This document shows, in pieces, positions 36,751 through 45,884 of a DNA stretch of 64,000 nt. Position numbers and translations under genes: made by a program. This DNA comes from a virus (lineage: Duplodnaviria; Heunggongvirae; Uroviricota; Caudoviricetes), in the IMG/VR virus record IMGVR_UViG_3300025858_000011. One strand, written 5' to 3'. The first letter of the stretch is position 1, and every line of letters starts with the position of its first letter. The notes under the pieces were generated by a model. That model was not told the origin of the DNA, did no database searches, and saw only the letters and a list, made by a program, of their open reading frames with translations.

Positions 36751-37937
36751 AAAAGGAAGCAATGTTTAATTTAAGTACTATCACTGAAATTTATGATAAA
36801 GACGGAAATTTAAAAGATACAGTTAGTACTGCAGGGCCAAATATCTGCAATATGGTGGAGATAGTTCATAATGATTCTTCAGGAAAATTATTAGAAATTA
36901 TAAATTTTCCAATGAAAAGTTTTACTTATAATTGGTGTAAATGGTTATATTGTGCACTTAGTCGGTTTAATTCTGCGATGGTGTACACGTCAGGAGCACC
37001 AATATCTGGTTCTTTTATACCCAGTTTTTGTGCAGTTGGTGCAAATTTTTCAGATGATACATTTGGTATTGTAGTTGGATCCGACGAAGGTTCATTTTAT
37101 CCGATGGATGAAGATAATTATTGTATCGGAACACAATTATATAATGGTGTTGATTCTAATGAATTAATTTATCATGAGACATATGTAAAACCGTTATACA
37201 CTTCTGGTGATGAGTATGTCTTGGAAATATCTCGAGTATTTACTAATGAAAATTCTTCAGCTGTTACAATAAAAGAAATTGGATTATACGCTAATATCTC
37301 TGGAAATTTGTGTATAATTAGAGATATCAAAAATGAAAATAATGAGGATATAAGTGTAACACTTGCGCAAAATGAATCTGTAGAAATAAGATACAAAATT
37401 AAAATAACTCAATATTCAGGATTTACAAAAAACTTTTTATCTGGACTTCGTGGATATTTTAATTATTTTAATTATTATAATGTTTCAGATTCTATTAGTA
37501 GTGCTGATACTGTAGTAGTTGATACTACAAATACTTCACAAACGACAGATGCATTATTGACTTTGGAATGTGACGCCCCTATATACGAGGATGACTATGG
37601 TATTGTGGTAGGATCAGGGATAAACAGCATTGATTGGGACTCAACTCAATTGGCCGCAAGAATTCTTAATGGGGATACTATTGATACATTAAAATATTTT
37701 ATAACAGAGTTTACATATAATAAGAATTCTGATGATAATTCCTTATATGAATGCCATATTAAAAGATCATTTGTTAATGATTATTCAGAGGATATTACAA
37801 TAACTGAAGCAGGTATTTATGGCGTAGGGGAGTCTTATAATAGAATAATGACTATGGGCGTAGTGTACCCCAGCGGTATAACCTTATCTGAACATGAATC
37901 AATGCGAGTTAACTTTATAATTCAAACAGGGCTATAA
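36747..37937 (+). CDS. Tail-associated protein, paralogue 5 of 6
   Basis: RVFTNENSSAVTIKEIGLY; RSFVNDYSEDITITEAGIY. Confidence 0.6.
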   Translation: MKKEAMFNLSTITEIYDKDGNLKDTVSTAGPNICNMVEIVHNDSSGKLLEIINFPMKSFTYNWCKWLYCALSRFNSAMVYTSGAPISGSFIPSFCAVGANFSDDTFGIVVGSDEGSFYPMDEDNYCIGTQLYNGVDSNELIYHETYVKPLYTSGDEYVLEISRVFTNENSSAVTIKEIGLYANISGNLCIIRDIKNENNEDISVTLAQNESVEIRYKIKITQYSGFTKNFLSGLRGYFNYFNYYNVSDSISSADTVVVDTTNTSQTTDALLTLECDAPIYEDDYGIVVGSGINSIDWDSTQLAARILNGDTIDTLKYFITEFTYNKNSDDNSLYECHIKRSFVNDYSEDITITEAGIYGVGESYNRIMTMGVVYPSGITLSEHESMRVNFIIQTGL

Positions 37938-39094
37938 TGGATTTAAGAGCAAAAGTTATAATAGAAAAAGCAGAACGTACTCTTGAGATTTTTCGAGAAC
38001 CAATGTATAATGGCACTCTTTCTGTGAAAGTAACAGAAAAAGATATAGTTATTAGTGATCAGCAGTATCCTTTTGATTCGTATTGTTACCAATTTATTTC
38101 AGCGCTATACTCAACATTATCAGGTGATCCAAGTATTATTAGAGATACTAACGGAGACCTAGGATATTATACTTTCGATAAAGAAGACATGTCTATAGCT
38201 AAGTATAGTATTACTAGTCCATATGATTATGATGCACGTGGGATAGTTGTTGGATCAGACGATGGTACTGGAGAACCACATGCAATTACCAATTACAGAT
38301 TAGGTACATTAGTTCAGAATGGGGCAACTTCTGGGAAATTAACTTATGATAAGTACACAACACGAAAATTAGTTAGTCAAGAGGGTGATAATATTGTATT
38401 AGAACTAAGTAGAAGATTTCTTAATGAGTCCGGGGGAGCTATTGATATAAAAGAGATTGGCATTTATGCAACTCTTATTTATCAAGCATGCATCGTTCGA
38501 GATATTTTACCAAGCACAATTACACTTTCTCCAGGACAAACTTTAACAGTTACTTATAAAATATTAATGTCTGAAGTTTTGGGATTTACAAAAAATTTAG
38601 TTACTGTATTATCAGCAACGTCTTGTGAATATTTCTTAGATGAGTCCTCTGAATATTTAAAATTTTTGGATGGTACTACTGAGGTAATTCATACTATTAA
38701 TGTCGTTGGTAACCCTAAAATTAATTATACTAATTATCCCAAACTTTGGGCATCATACGGCGATGATGGGTATGGAATGCAAATTGGCAACGGAAATTCA
38801 ACAGAAAGTGGGGATAGTTATTGTCTAGACTCACAAATTATGCAGGGCGCAGTGGAGTATCATCGTCATCATTTTACTGGAGTAGTAGTTGGGGCAACAA
38901 CAGCTACTTGTGAATTTTCTAGACTGTTTAGTAATCATACTACAGAAGATATTACATTTAGTGAAGTTGCATTAGTTGGATATGGTAAAGGAACAACGAA
39001 GGGTTTAATGTTATTTAGAAGTGTTATAACTCCTGTTACTATACATCCAGAAGAAACAGTTAAAATTAGAATTCAATTTGAGGGATCAATATAA
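37937..39094 (+). CDS. Tail-associated protein, paralogue 6 of 6
   Basis: RRFLNESGGAIDIKEIGIY; RLFSNHTTEDITFSEVAL. Confidence 0.6.
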   Translation: MDLRAKVIIEKAERTLEIFREPMYNGTLSVKVTEKDIVISDQQYPFDSYCYQFISALYSTLSGDPSIIRDTNGDLGYYTFDKEDMSIAKYSITSPYDYDARGIVVGSDDGTGEPHAITNYRLGTLVQNGATSGKLTYDKYTTRKLVSQEGDNIVLELSRRFLNESGGAIDIKEIGIYATLIYQACIVRDILPSTITLSPGQTLTVTYKILMSEVLGFTKNLVTVLSATSCEYFLDESSEYLKFLDGTTEVIHTINVVGNPKINYTNYPKLWASYGDDGYGMQIGNGNSTESGDSYCLDSQIMQGAVEYHRHHFTGVVVGATTATCEFSRLFSNHTTEDITFSEVALVGYGKGTTKGLMLFRSVITPVTIHPEETVKIRIQFEGSI

Positions 39095-39412
39095 ATGGCA
39101 CATTTACCAAATTTATCAAGAAGAAATAATGTGGTTGAACATATTACAATTACAACTACTGATGCAACTGCCAAATCTGGAAACTTTGGAGCAGCATTGG
39201 GCGCTTGTAGTAGTCTGGATGTAGTTATTCAAAATTTATCCGGTGTTGCATGTTATATTACATTCGGAGTTACCGGGGCTACTGCAACCACTGGTTCTTT
39301 ATATTTAGCAGCAAATGGGTCGGTATCACTATCGAATGTAACATTTTTATATTATTCAGTATTGCGAGCGTCCACTGATGTGACTGTAGTAGTTACTGGA
39401 ATTGGGGGTTAG
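39095..39412 (+). CDS. Small beta-rich structural protein
   Basis: VVIQNLSGVACYITFG..GSLYLAANGSVSL. Confidence 0.55.
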   Translation: MAHLPNLSRRNNVVEHITITTTDATAKSGNFGAALGACSSLDVVIQNLSGVACYITFGVTGATATTGSLYLAANGSVSLSNVTFLYYSVLRASTDVTVVVTGIGG

Positions 39413-39419
39413 ATTTCTA

Positions 39420-39448
39420 TTGACTTTGTTTGGATTAAACATTATAAT
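39420..39448 (+). promoter_or_regulatory. sigma70-type promoter TTGACT-N17-TATAAT
   Basis: Near-perfect consensus; ATG at 39454 lies 5 nt downstream of the -10 box. Confidence 0.7.
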
Positions 39449-39453
39449 TAAGT

Positions 39454-39615
39454 ATGATGTTAACTCCAATACATAAAGACCAACTTCAACAAAAATTAAA
39501 GCAAGATATAAAAGATAGTGCCATAAAACATATTGAAGAAAAGGCCGAAGTTAAAGATGAGTCTCCTCAAACTTTAGAGAATTTTATATACGGAAATGTC
39601 ATTATCAACCAATAA
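39454..39615 (+). CDS. Small hypothetical protein (53 aa, not in ORF track), probably leaderless
   Basis: MMLTPIHKDQLQQKLKQ...GNVIINQ; overlaps the start of the 39596 gene. Confidence 0.45.
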   Translation: MMLTPIHKDQLQQKLKQDIKDSAIKHIEEKAEVKDESPQTLENFIYGNVIINQ

Positions 39616-40495
39616 TATAAGTTTAGCAATAAAATATATCTTTCTTAATTTTGCACAAAGTTATTTTGAAAAAGGCACAAATAGATATATTTGGTCTGCG
39701 GACCCAGTTGCTTCTGGAATTATTATAGCCGATAAATTCTCCGTAGATTTAGGTATTGCGGTTAAACGTCCGGCTATATTATTATCACGAGGAGCGGCAG
39801 GATGGACTAATTCAGTTAGAGGACAGTACGGATTTTTAAATCCGCATCGCGTAGGTCCTTTAAAATTTGGAACATTAATTCCTGCAATAACCGATGATAG
39901 GGTTAGGGCCCAAGAAATTACAGATTTATATAGTGGGTCTGTTACATTTAATGTTGTGTCTAAACAGGGCGTAGAGGCAGAAGATATAGCAAATAAGTTA
40001 TTTAGTGCAATTACAGCACATAAACAAGATTTTCATAGCATAGGAATATTTCGATTTAATTCTATGTCAATCAGCGAGGAACGTATTTTACGGTACCGGG
40101 CTGATTTTGAATTGGTAGGAGTATCAATTGATATTTCATTTTTGATACAGTACAGTTTAGCAGCATCAGATAGTTTATATAACTGCAGATGCTGGTTAGA
40201 TGAAGATGAACAGTTTGAGGGCATACATTATGATGTTATAAATAATGGTACTCAAATTGAATTTTATACTGCCCCGGATGCCAGTGAAGTGGTTACTTTA
40301 ACGTATGTTGATGCAGTTACTTTAGCTACGCATGAGCAAGTTGTACTTGGCGTAGGGGACGGGACTACCACAGTTTTTACAATTCCCAGTGGTGGGGCAG
40401 TTTATGGTTATTACAAAATATTTGAAGGTATGCTTGTTACCCTCACAAACACTGAAGATGATTCTGAACAAGACGTTCAAGTTGGAGAAATATAA
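39596..40495 (+). CDS. Tail completion/terminator-like protein
   Basis: RPAILLSRG, VTFNVVSKQGVEAEDIA; C-terminal GVGDGTTTVFTI; upstream of the sheath. Confidence 0.55.
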   Translation: MSLSTNNISLAIKYIFLNFAQSYFEKGTNRYIWSADPVASGIIIADKFSVDLGIAVKRPAILLSRGAAGWTNSVRGQYGFLNPHRVGPLKFGTLIPAITDDRVRAQEITDLYSGSVTFNVVSKQGVEAEDIANKLFSAITAHKQDFHSIGIFRFNSMSISEERILRYRADFELVGVSIDISFLIQYSLAASDSLYNCRCWLDEDEQFEGIHYDVINNGTQIEFYTAPDASEVVTLTYVDAVTLATHEQVVLGVGDGTTTVFTIPSGGAVYGYYKIFEGMLVTLTNTEDDSEQDVQVGEI

Positions 40496-41292
40496 TGATT
40501 CCTGAGATACTAAATACAATTAGAAAAACATTAGGGGCAACGACAACTGGACGATTATTGTCTGAAACGAAAAATCTTTATAGGACGAAAGGTCTACAGG
40601 ATGCTTTAGGAAATCTACAAAAACATCAGACAGTTGGAAGAATAATTGCAAAAGGGCAGCAGTCTTTTGCAACTGATTTAGCAAAACAGACAGAAGGAAC
40701 TAATATCGTAGGTAGACTTGCTAGAGCAGGTCTTGGAAATTTTGCTGCAACGGCTAAGGTGATTTCAAAAGATGTTCCTGGATCTGGAGCAAAAGCTCCG
40801 TTAATTGCAGGAAAAAATTTATTTAATTTATTTGGACAACATCTTCGTGCAGCAACAAAGGTAACTAAAGATGTAAAAGACCTTGATCTAAAATTATTAA
40901 TGAAGAACAGGGGAGGTTACTATTACAAAGGAAAAAAGGTTCAAGGAGTATCCACTTTATCTGGAGAATCTTCCAGATCGGTATTAGATGAAATGATTGC
41001 AAAACGAGTAAATCCTGGAACTCCTGGTTTTAATAGAAAATTAGTAATGGAGGCATCCGCCCCCGGGAAAGCTTGGGGAGTTGCAACAAGTGCTCCAGCT
41101 TTCGGTGCTATGGTTATGCTACAAGATAAGCAGGATCCTTTACCAAAAAGAATAGGGAAAGGCGCTTTAGAGGCAACAGCCTGGACGGTTGCTCCAGGAT
41201 TTACGATGGCCGGCCAAGCAGGTGCCGGTATTATTAATTATGTAAAGAATAAGAAAAAATTAATGGAGGGTAGTAATAATGGCCTATACTAA
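40495..41292 (+). CDS. Basic protein with Gly/Ala-rich hydrophobic C-terminus; putative virion/ejection protein
   Basis: Lys/Arg-rich; WGVATSAPAFGAMV and GALEATAWTVAPG segments. Confidence 0.45.
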   Translation: MIPEILNTIRKTLGATTTGRLLSETKNLYRTKGLQDALGNLQKHQTVGRIIAKGQQSFATDLAKQTEGTNIVGRLARAGLGNFAATAKVISKDVPGSGAKAPLIAGKNLFNLFGQHLRAATKVTKDVKDLDLKLLMKNRGGYYYKGKKVQGVSTLSGESSRSVLDEMIAKRVNPGTPGFNRKLVMEASAPGKAWGVATSAPAFGAMVMLQDKQDPLPKRIGKGALEATAWTVAPGFTMAGQAGAGIINYVKNKKKLMEGSNNGLY

Positions 41293-42880
41293 GCCTGGAG
41301 TAGAAATAACCCAAGAGCAAAGAAGCCAAACTCCAGTTTTCATAACACCAGAATTAAATGCAGTAGTGGTTGGTAAAGGGTATCATTGGCAAGATCCGAT
41401 GTTAGATGAATCGTTGTTAGATACAGATATCGCAAGTTTTGATGGAACAGAAGTAACATTTCATCTTAGTGGTATCAACAGTACCAATTATAATGTATCA
41501 GGTGAAGAAAGTTTGGTAATTATTGATTTGGTGCAGTCCGCCGATACAATTTACCATTTACAATATGGAACTGATTTTACAGTAAGCAATAATCAGGTGA
41601 CAATTCTAGCTGATGGTACCTTTACTGGACCAGATGCCACTATCCGCGTAGGATACCGGGCAGATCAACCGGATTCAGAAGGTTTCAAGCAAATGTCATC
41701 AATTTCAGATATTAAGACACTAATTGGAGACCCAGTATCTTGGAATCCACTTGCATATGGAGCGATGGTTGCACAACAGCAATTCAGTAGAGCAATTTAT
41801 ACCTACGGATTGGATGAAGAGGCCACTGCTGATTATACTGAAGCTTTTTCTGCTTTAGAAATGCAAGAAGTATATGCAATTGCTTGTATGTCACATAATA
41901 GTACAATTGTGGCAACTGCAGTCGCCCATGCAAATGATATGTCACTTGCAACAAATAAAAAAGAACGCATTGTCATTTGTAATCGGGTAATTCCGAGTTG
42001 GACAGGGGTTCCGCATGCTGAAACCACTGCAAATAAATTGACTACTGCAGAAGCAGTAAGAGATTATGGTGCAACATATCAAGAGAAAAGACTTTTTCTG
42101 ACATTTCCTGATTGGGGATATGTTGAAGAAAAACGACATATTAGTACTATTAAGAAATCTTGGGTAAAAGAAAGTTTTAATAGCACACTTGGGACAGTAT
42201 TTACTACAAATACAGATGATTCATATTATTATTGTAAATTTGCGATGGATATGAAAGTAGGAAGTACACGCTATAAGAAGGGAGAAAGTATTGATGATAC
42301 AAAATGGCAAGCATTGGTAGATGAGGGATATAGCGAATTGACAGTATTGTCACCGGTTCCTGGATTTTATTATGATGCTGCAGTAGTTGGTCAGGTAATT
42401 GGAAAACGACCGGAACAGCCATTAACTAATGTTCCTATTTCTGGAATAGATAGAACATACGGATCTTGGGATTACTTTACTGAATCACAATTGAATACAA
42501 TTGCTGAGGGCGGCTATTATATAATGACACAGTCATCTACCACTTCTCCAGTTGTATCTCGTCATCAAATGAGTACTAATGTTCTTAGCATTGCTAAGAG
42601 AGAACTTAGCATTACTACTGCAATTGATTACACAGCTAAGTTTATTAGAAAAGTAATGAATCCCTACGTTGGAAGATATATAATCAATGACAAATTTTTA
42701 TCAATGGTTGATTCGACCTTGTCAGGAATTGGTGCAGTTCTAATTGTCGCTGGAGCTTTGGATGATTATAAGGTAGTATCAGTGGAGCAGAATCAAACAA
42801 ATCCTGACTCAATCGATGTAGAAATTGATATTCTTCCATTATATCCTGTAAATTATATCAGAATTACGTTAGTATTCTAA
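41279..42880 (+). CDS. Contractile tail sheath protein
   Basis: MAYTKPGVEITQE N-terminus; KERIVI; C-terminal DSIDVEIDILPLYPVNYIRITL. Confidence 0.88.
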   Translation: MAYTKPGVEITQEQRSQTPVFITPELNAVVVGKGYHWQDPMLDESLLDTDIASFDGTEVTFHLSGINSTNYNVSGEESLVIIDLVQSADTIYHLQYGTDFTVSNNQVTILADGTFTGPDATIRVGYRADQPDSEGFKQMSSISDIKTLIGDPVSWNPLAYGAMVAQQQFSRAIYTYGLDEEATADYTEAFSALEMQEVYAIACMSHNSTIVATAVAHANDMSLATNKKERIVICNRVIPSWTGVPHAETTANKLTTAEAVRDYGATYQEKRLFLTFPDWGYVEEKRHISTIKKSWVKESFNSTLGTVFTTNTDDSYYYCKFAMDMKVGSTRYKKGESIDDTKWQALVDEGYSELTVLSPVPGFYYDAAVVGQVIGKRPEQPLTNVPISGIDRTYGSWDYFTESQLNTIAEGGYYIMTQSSTTSPVVSRHQMSTNVLSIAKRELSITTAIDYTAKFIRKVMNPYVGRYIINDKFLSMVDSTLSGIGAVLIVAGALDDYKVVSVEQNQTNPDSIDVEIDILPLYPVNYIRITLVF

Positions 42881-42890
42881 GGAGGAATAT

Positions 42891-43631
42891 ATGGCTATAA
42901 ATAACAAATTTACGAGAAAATATTCTGACTGGGTAGGAAGTTGGAAAGACAAGAATGTGCACGATTTAAACAGCACATATGATTTTGTTTCATCAGAAAG
43001 TACATTGTTAGTTTCTGGGCCCCCAGAGTATGTACTTCCTGTTTCTACAGGGGTTGGCCCAGCAGTTAGTGATGATGAATTAATTCCTATCGGATTGGTT
43101 CAATCGGCAACTATTCAGCAACGGAAGTCAATTCAACAATTAAATGAAATTGGTTCTCGCCAGTTATTCACTATACCTGGAAGAACTACTGCGACAGCGT
43201 CAGTGCAGAGAATTCTTTTTGATGGCCCATCATTGTTATTTGCGATGTCGGCATTTTATAAGAATGGAAGTACTGATACTATCTTAATACCGGATGTAGA
43301 TAGAACTACAGAGGGAGATCCATCAGATCCATATCCAACATCTCTTACAGCGTCAACTAACTATTCTTATATGGGAGAATACTCTCAAGGAGGAAAGGAT
43401 AAGGATTTAGGAGCATTTTGGGGAAATTTGGGATCAGCAGTTTTTAATAAACCGATGGGCTTAGGATTTATATTCTTGGACACTGAGTCACAGTTTTACG
43501 GTGGTTTATATTTAGAAAAATGTTTTATTGTGTCTTATAACATCGGTGTCTCATCACAGCAAACTATTCTTTTAGAACAAGTACAGATCGCAGTCACCAG
43601 AGTACGGCCTATTAAAGTGGGTGCGGCTTAA
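42891..43631 (+). CDS. Tail tube protein
   Basis: Follows the sheath; IGLVQSATIQQ..LNEIGS..IPGRT; GLYLEKCFIVSY. Confidence 0.75.
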   Translation: MAINNKFTRKYSDWVGSWKDKNVHDLNSTYDFVSSESTLLVSGPPEYVLPVSTGVGPAVSDDELIPIGLVQSATIQQRKSIQQLNEIGSRQLFTIPGRTTATASVQRILFDGPSLLFAMSAFYKNGSTDTILIPDVDRTTEGDPSDPYPTSLTASTNYSYMGEYSQGGKDKDLGAFWGNLGSAVFNKPMGLGFIFLDTESQFYGGLYLEKCFIVSYNIGVSSQQTILLEQVQIAVTRVRPIKVGAA

Positions 43632-43640
43632 TATTAATGT

Positions 43641-43671
43641 AAAAAAAGGGGACCGGTTGGCCCCCTTTTTT
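43641..43671. terminator. Bidirectional rho-independent terminator between the convergent late and early blocks
   Basis: A7-ggggacc-gg-ttggccccc-T6. Confidence 0.85.
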
Positions 43672-43672
43672 A

Positions 43673-44020
43673 TTACTTACCCCATTTCCCGCTAAGTACA
43701 ATTCTTGCAATTATACCATAAACTGAGGCATCAAGATACGCATCTTCGATGGATTCATTTTGTGGTTGTCTTTGTTTCTTGTTAAGTAAATGTAGTAACC
43801 GTTGAATTTTATCGTTGATTCGTATGTTAATGGCACCTAAACTAAAAATAACATCTTCTTCAGTTTGTAGGGCCGTTCCCATCGCTATATTTCCTGGACC
43901 GTAATCCATTTGTTTCTTGCAGAAAGTCTCATAATTTATATTTGACAATCTTTTAAATTCCGTAGTTGTTTCTGGGAAGTGTTCTTCACAGTATGCTACT
44001 GGATCAGTAACTTTTTCCAT
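43673..44020 (-). CDS. DUF1599-like nucleotide-modification-associated protein
   Basis: KKQMDYG..NI; RINDKIQRL; ESIEDAYLD.SVYGIIA. Confidence 0.75.
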   Translation of the reverse strand: MEKVTDPVAYCEEHFPETTTEFKRLSNINYETFCKKQMDYGPGNIAMGTALQTEEDVIFSLGAINIRINDKIQRLLHLLNKKQRQPQNESIEDAYLDASVYGIIARIVLSGKWGK

Positions 44021-44032
44021 GTAATAATATGA

Positions 44033-44176
44033 TTAATGAATCCAATGTGGCCCGATAACAGCATCTACCGACATTGGCACAGATGGGGCATAATAATTGA
44101 AGGCAGCTTCCATTTGAGTCTGGACAATGCTTTTCATTTGTTCTGCTTGATCTTTGTGAACTTCTACTAGTACTTC
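44033..44176 (-). CDS. polA: DNA polymerase A exon 3 (47 aa)
   Basis: EVLVEVHKDQAEQ...VDAVIGPHWIH completes motif C (VIHD|E). Confidence 0.88.
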   Translation of the reverse strand, partial: EVLVEVHKDQAEQMKSIVQTQMEAAFNYYAPSVPMSVDAVIGPHWIH

Positions 44177-44970
44177 CATTTATGTTACATCCTAATCGAA
44201 TCCATTAAGATTCTTTAAGTTTCCCTAAAGATCGGACTATATCATAGGCCCTGCGGCCTTCAAGATCTTTCGGCATATCTTTATACCTACTCGCTATTTT
44301 TGCGATAGTCTCTGGGGATGGTATTTTATAAGAATAAGCATGGTTTGAAAATTTTGTAAGGATTTGTGCTATTATCGGGGTGTTATACACCTTAAATTGT
44401 ATTATGTACCCTCGGGCCCCATGTGTTTTATGAACTGTTCCATTAATATTAAAATGCACATTTAAATATTTACAGAATTTGTTAGCGAAAGATTTTTCAT
44501 AATATTTACCAACACATAACTCATAATACAATAATGTTTTATGAAATGAACCGTTATCAAATATAAGTAGTGCAAGGCCAAGTTCGGATAAATCTCCGAT
44601 TTCTTTGCAAATTTCCCAAAAGTCTAAAAGTTTTAATTTATCTAATTCTTTTGACTTTCCTACTGTAAATTCATATAGTATATTTTTTTTATTTTGCGAA
44701 CTCCATATTTTGGATTTTTGCATCGTTGTTATGAGGGTCCATTTATATTCTAAGTATGATTTTACATATCCACCAAACTTTATTCTTAAAGTTCTTTTTT
44801 GTCGCATCCAGTAACAATCTCCTAGATATGAACTAAGAACTACTTGTTTTTCTATTTCTGTCATTACCAGTCCTGCTGATTGCCCAATTCTATAAGTTTT
44901 TACACTATGGTATTATAGACTCTAAGGGGTTTCCAGCATTTAATCTTGATTTAAGCACGACATTTCAAAT
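44177..44970 (-). ncRNA. Group I intron 2 in polA
   Basis: P1 exon CACGAU pairs with IGS GUCGUG (U.G at the splice site); AAUGCUGGAAA, GGGCAAUCAGCAG, CAGAGACUA and GAUAUAGUCC core elements; terminal G; splicing restores HD|E. Confidence 0.92.
44205..44864 (-). CDS. Intron-encoded LAGLIDADG endonuclease (possibly degenerate)
   Basis: VLSSYLGDCY and LALLIFDNGS half-motifs; ORF starts just after the Q element and overlaps the 3' core. Confidence 0.75.
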   Translation of the reverse strand: MTEIEKQVVLSSYLGDCYWMRQKRTLRIKFGGYVKSYLEYKWTLITTMQKSKIWSSQNKKNILYEFTVGKSKELDKLKLLDFWEICKEIGDLSELGLALLIFDNGSFHKTLLYYELCVGKYYEKSFANKFCKYLNVHFNINGTVHKTHGARGYIIQFKVYNTPIIAQILTKFSNHAYSYKIPSPETIAKIASRYKDMPKDLEGRRAYDIVRSLGKLKES

Positions 44971-45330
44971 ATCGTGAATTACATTTACTAGTTTTGCTTT
45001 TATACTTTCATTATTGATACTATTACGTATTCTTAATAAAGAAAGTTTTGTGGTAGAAGCTCCACCTCCCTGGAAAGGAAGATTTTTTGCTATATTGATA
45101 GCGTGTCCTGCCGCTTTGGGATTATCCCAATCAAAGTCAGACAAGTCACGACGTCTTCCGTCGATTGGTGAAAATGCATATTTATTAATTTTTGCATTTT
45201 CGGATAAATTATTTAGTAATTTTTTAATTGCAGGAAATAATCTAAAATATGTAGCTAATAATTCCTTAGCTTCATCCAAACTAATTCCCAGTTGCCTTGC
45301 TAACTTCATGGCTCCCATGCCATATATAAT
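44971..45330 (-). CDS. polA: DNA polymerase A exon 2 (120 aa)
   Basis: IIYGMGAMKLARQLGIS...AKNLPFQGGGA...VNVIHD. Confidence 0.9.
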
Positions 45331-45884
45331 CAGTACTCCTTGATTTTCATCAAGGGCTGGAGTACCCCTTTGTGTATTTTCCTGTAATGGGATTTCTGTG
45401 GCAATGATGCTTTTGATGACATTTTTTACAAAGAATCTCTAAATTAGTAATTTCATTATTAGTTCTATTTTTGTCATAATGATGAACTAATAAATTCTTT
45501 GTGGAATCACAACGATTACATTTTTTATCGTAGTGTGCAAAAGCTTTTCTTTGAAAGTATCCTATTCCATTTTTGTACATAGGATTATTTTCTTCACTCT
45601 GGTTTCCACCAGAACCTACTCCTGGATTTTTTATTTTTCCAGTTTTTACAGCCCACTCATAAGAATTTTTCTATTTCTACAAGTTATGCTGCAGTAAGTG
45701 CTATTCTGATATTTAGCAATAGGAATATCATTTCCACAGTATATACACACCCGCTGTCTACTCTCTACACCTTTCTTATTCCTAAGACTTGGCTCGGGAT
45801 TACCATCAACAATCTGTATTGCAGACCTTGTTAAGGTTTCCCCGACTTTAACGGATTTTACTTCGGCATTATTGCTATTCATTT
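45331..45884 (-). ncRNA. Group I intron 1 in polA
   Basis: 8-bp P1 ACUUCGGU/GCCGAAGU with U.G; P10 AUAAU/AUUAU; GGGGAAACC, GGUAAUCCCGAGCCAAG; P7 GAGUA/UACUC; GAAA-capped P9; terminal G; splicing restores NFG|IIYG. Confidence 0.92.
45350..45882 (-). pseudogene. Intron-encoded HNH endonuclease split by a -1 frameshift (ORFs 45646-45882 and 45350-45580)
   Basis: Zn finger CIYCG..YCSITC, then in the -1 frame NSYEWAVKTGKIKNPGVGSGGNQSEENNPMYKNG..CNRC..VHHYDKNRTNN..LCKKCHQKHH. Confidence 0.7.

Noticed and set aside
512-43000. Numerous short minus-strand ORFs within the late region (and plus-strand ORFs within the early region, e.g. 51934, 53786, 58346)
   Set aside because: They are fully overlapped by well-supported genes on the opposite strand and have no motifs or RBS.
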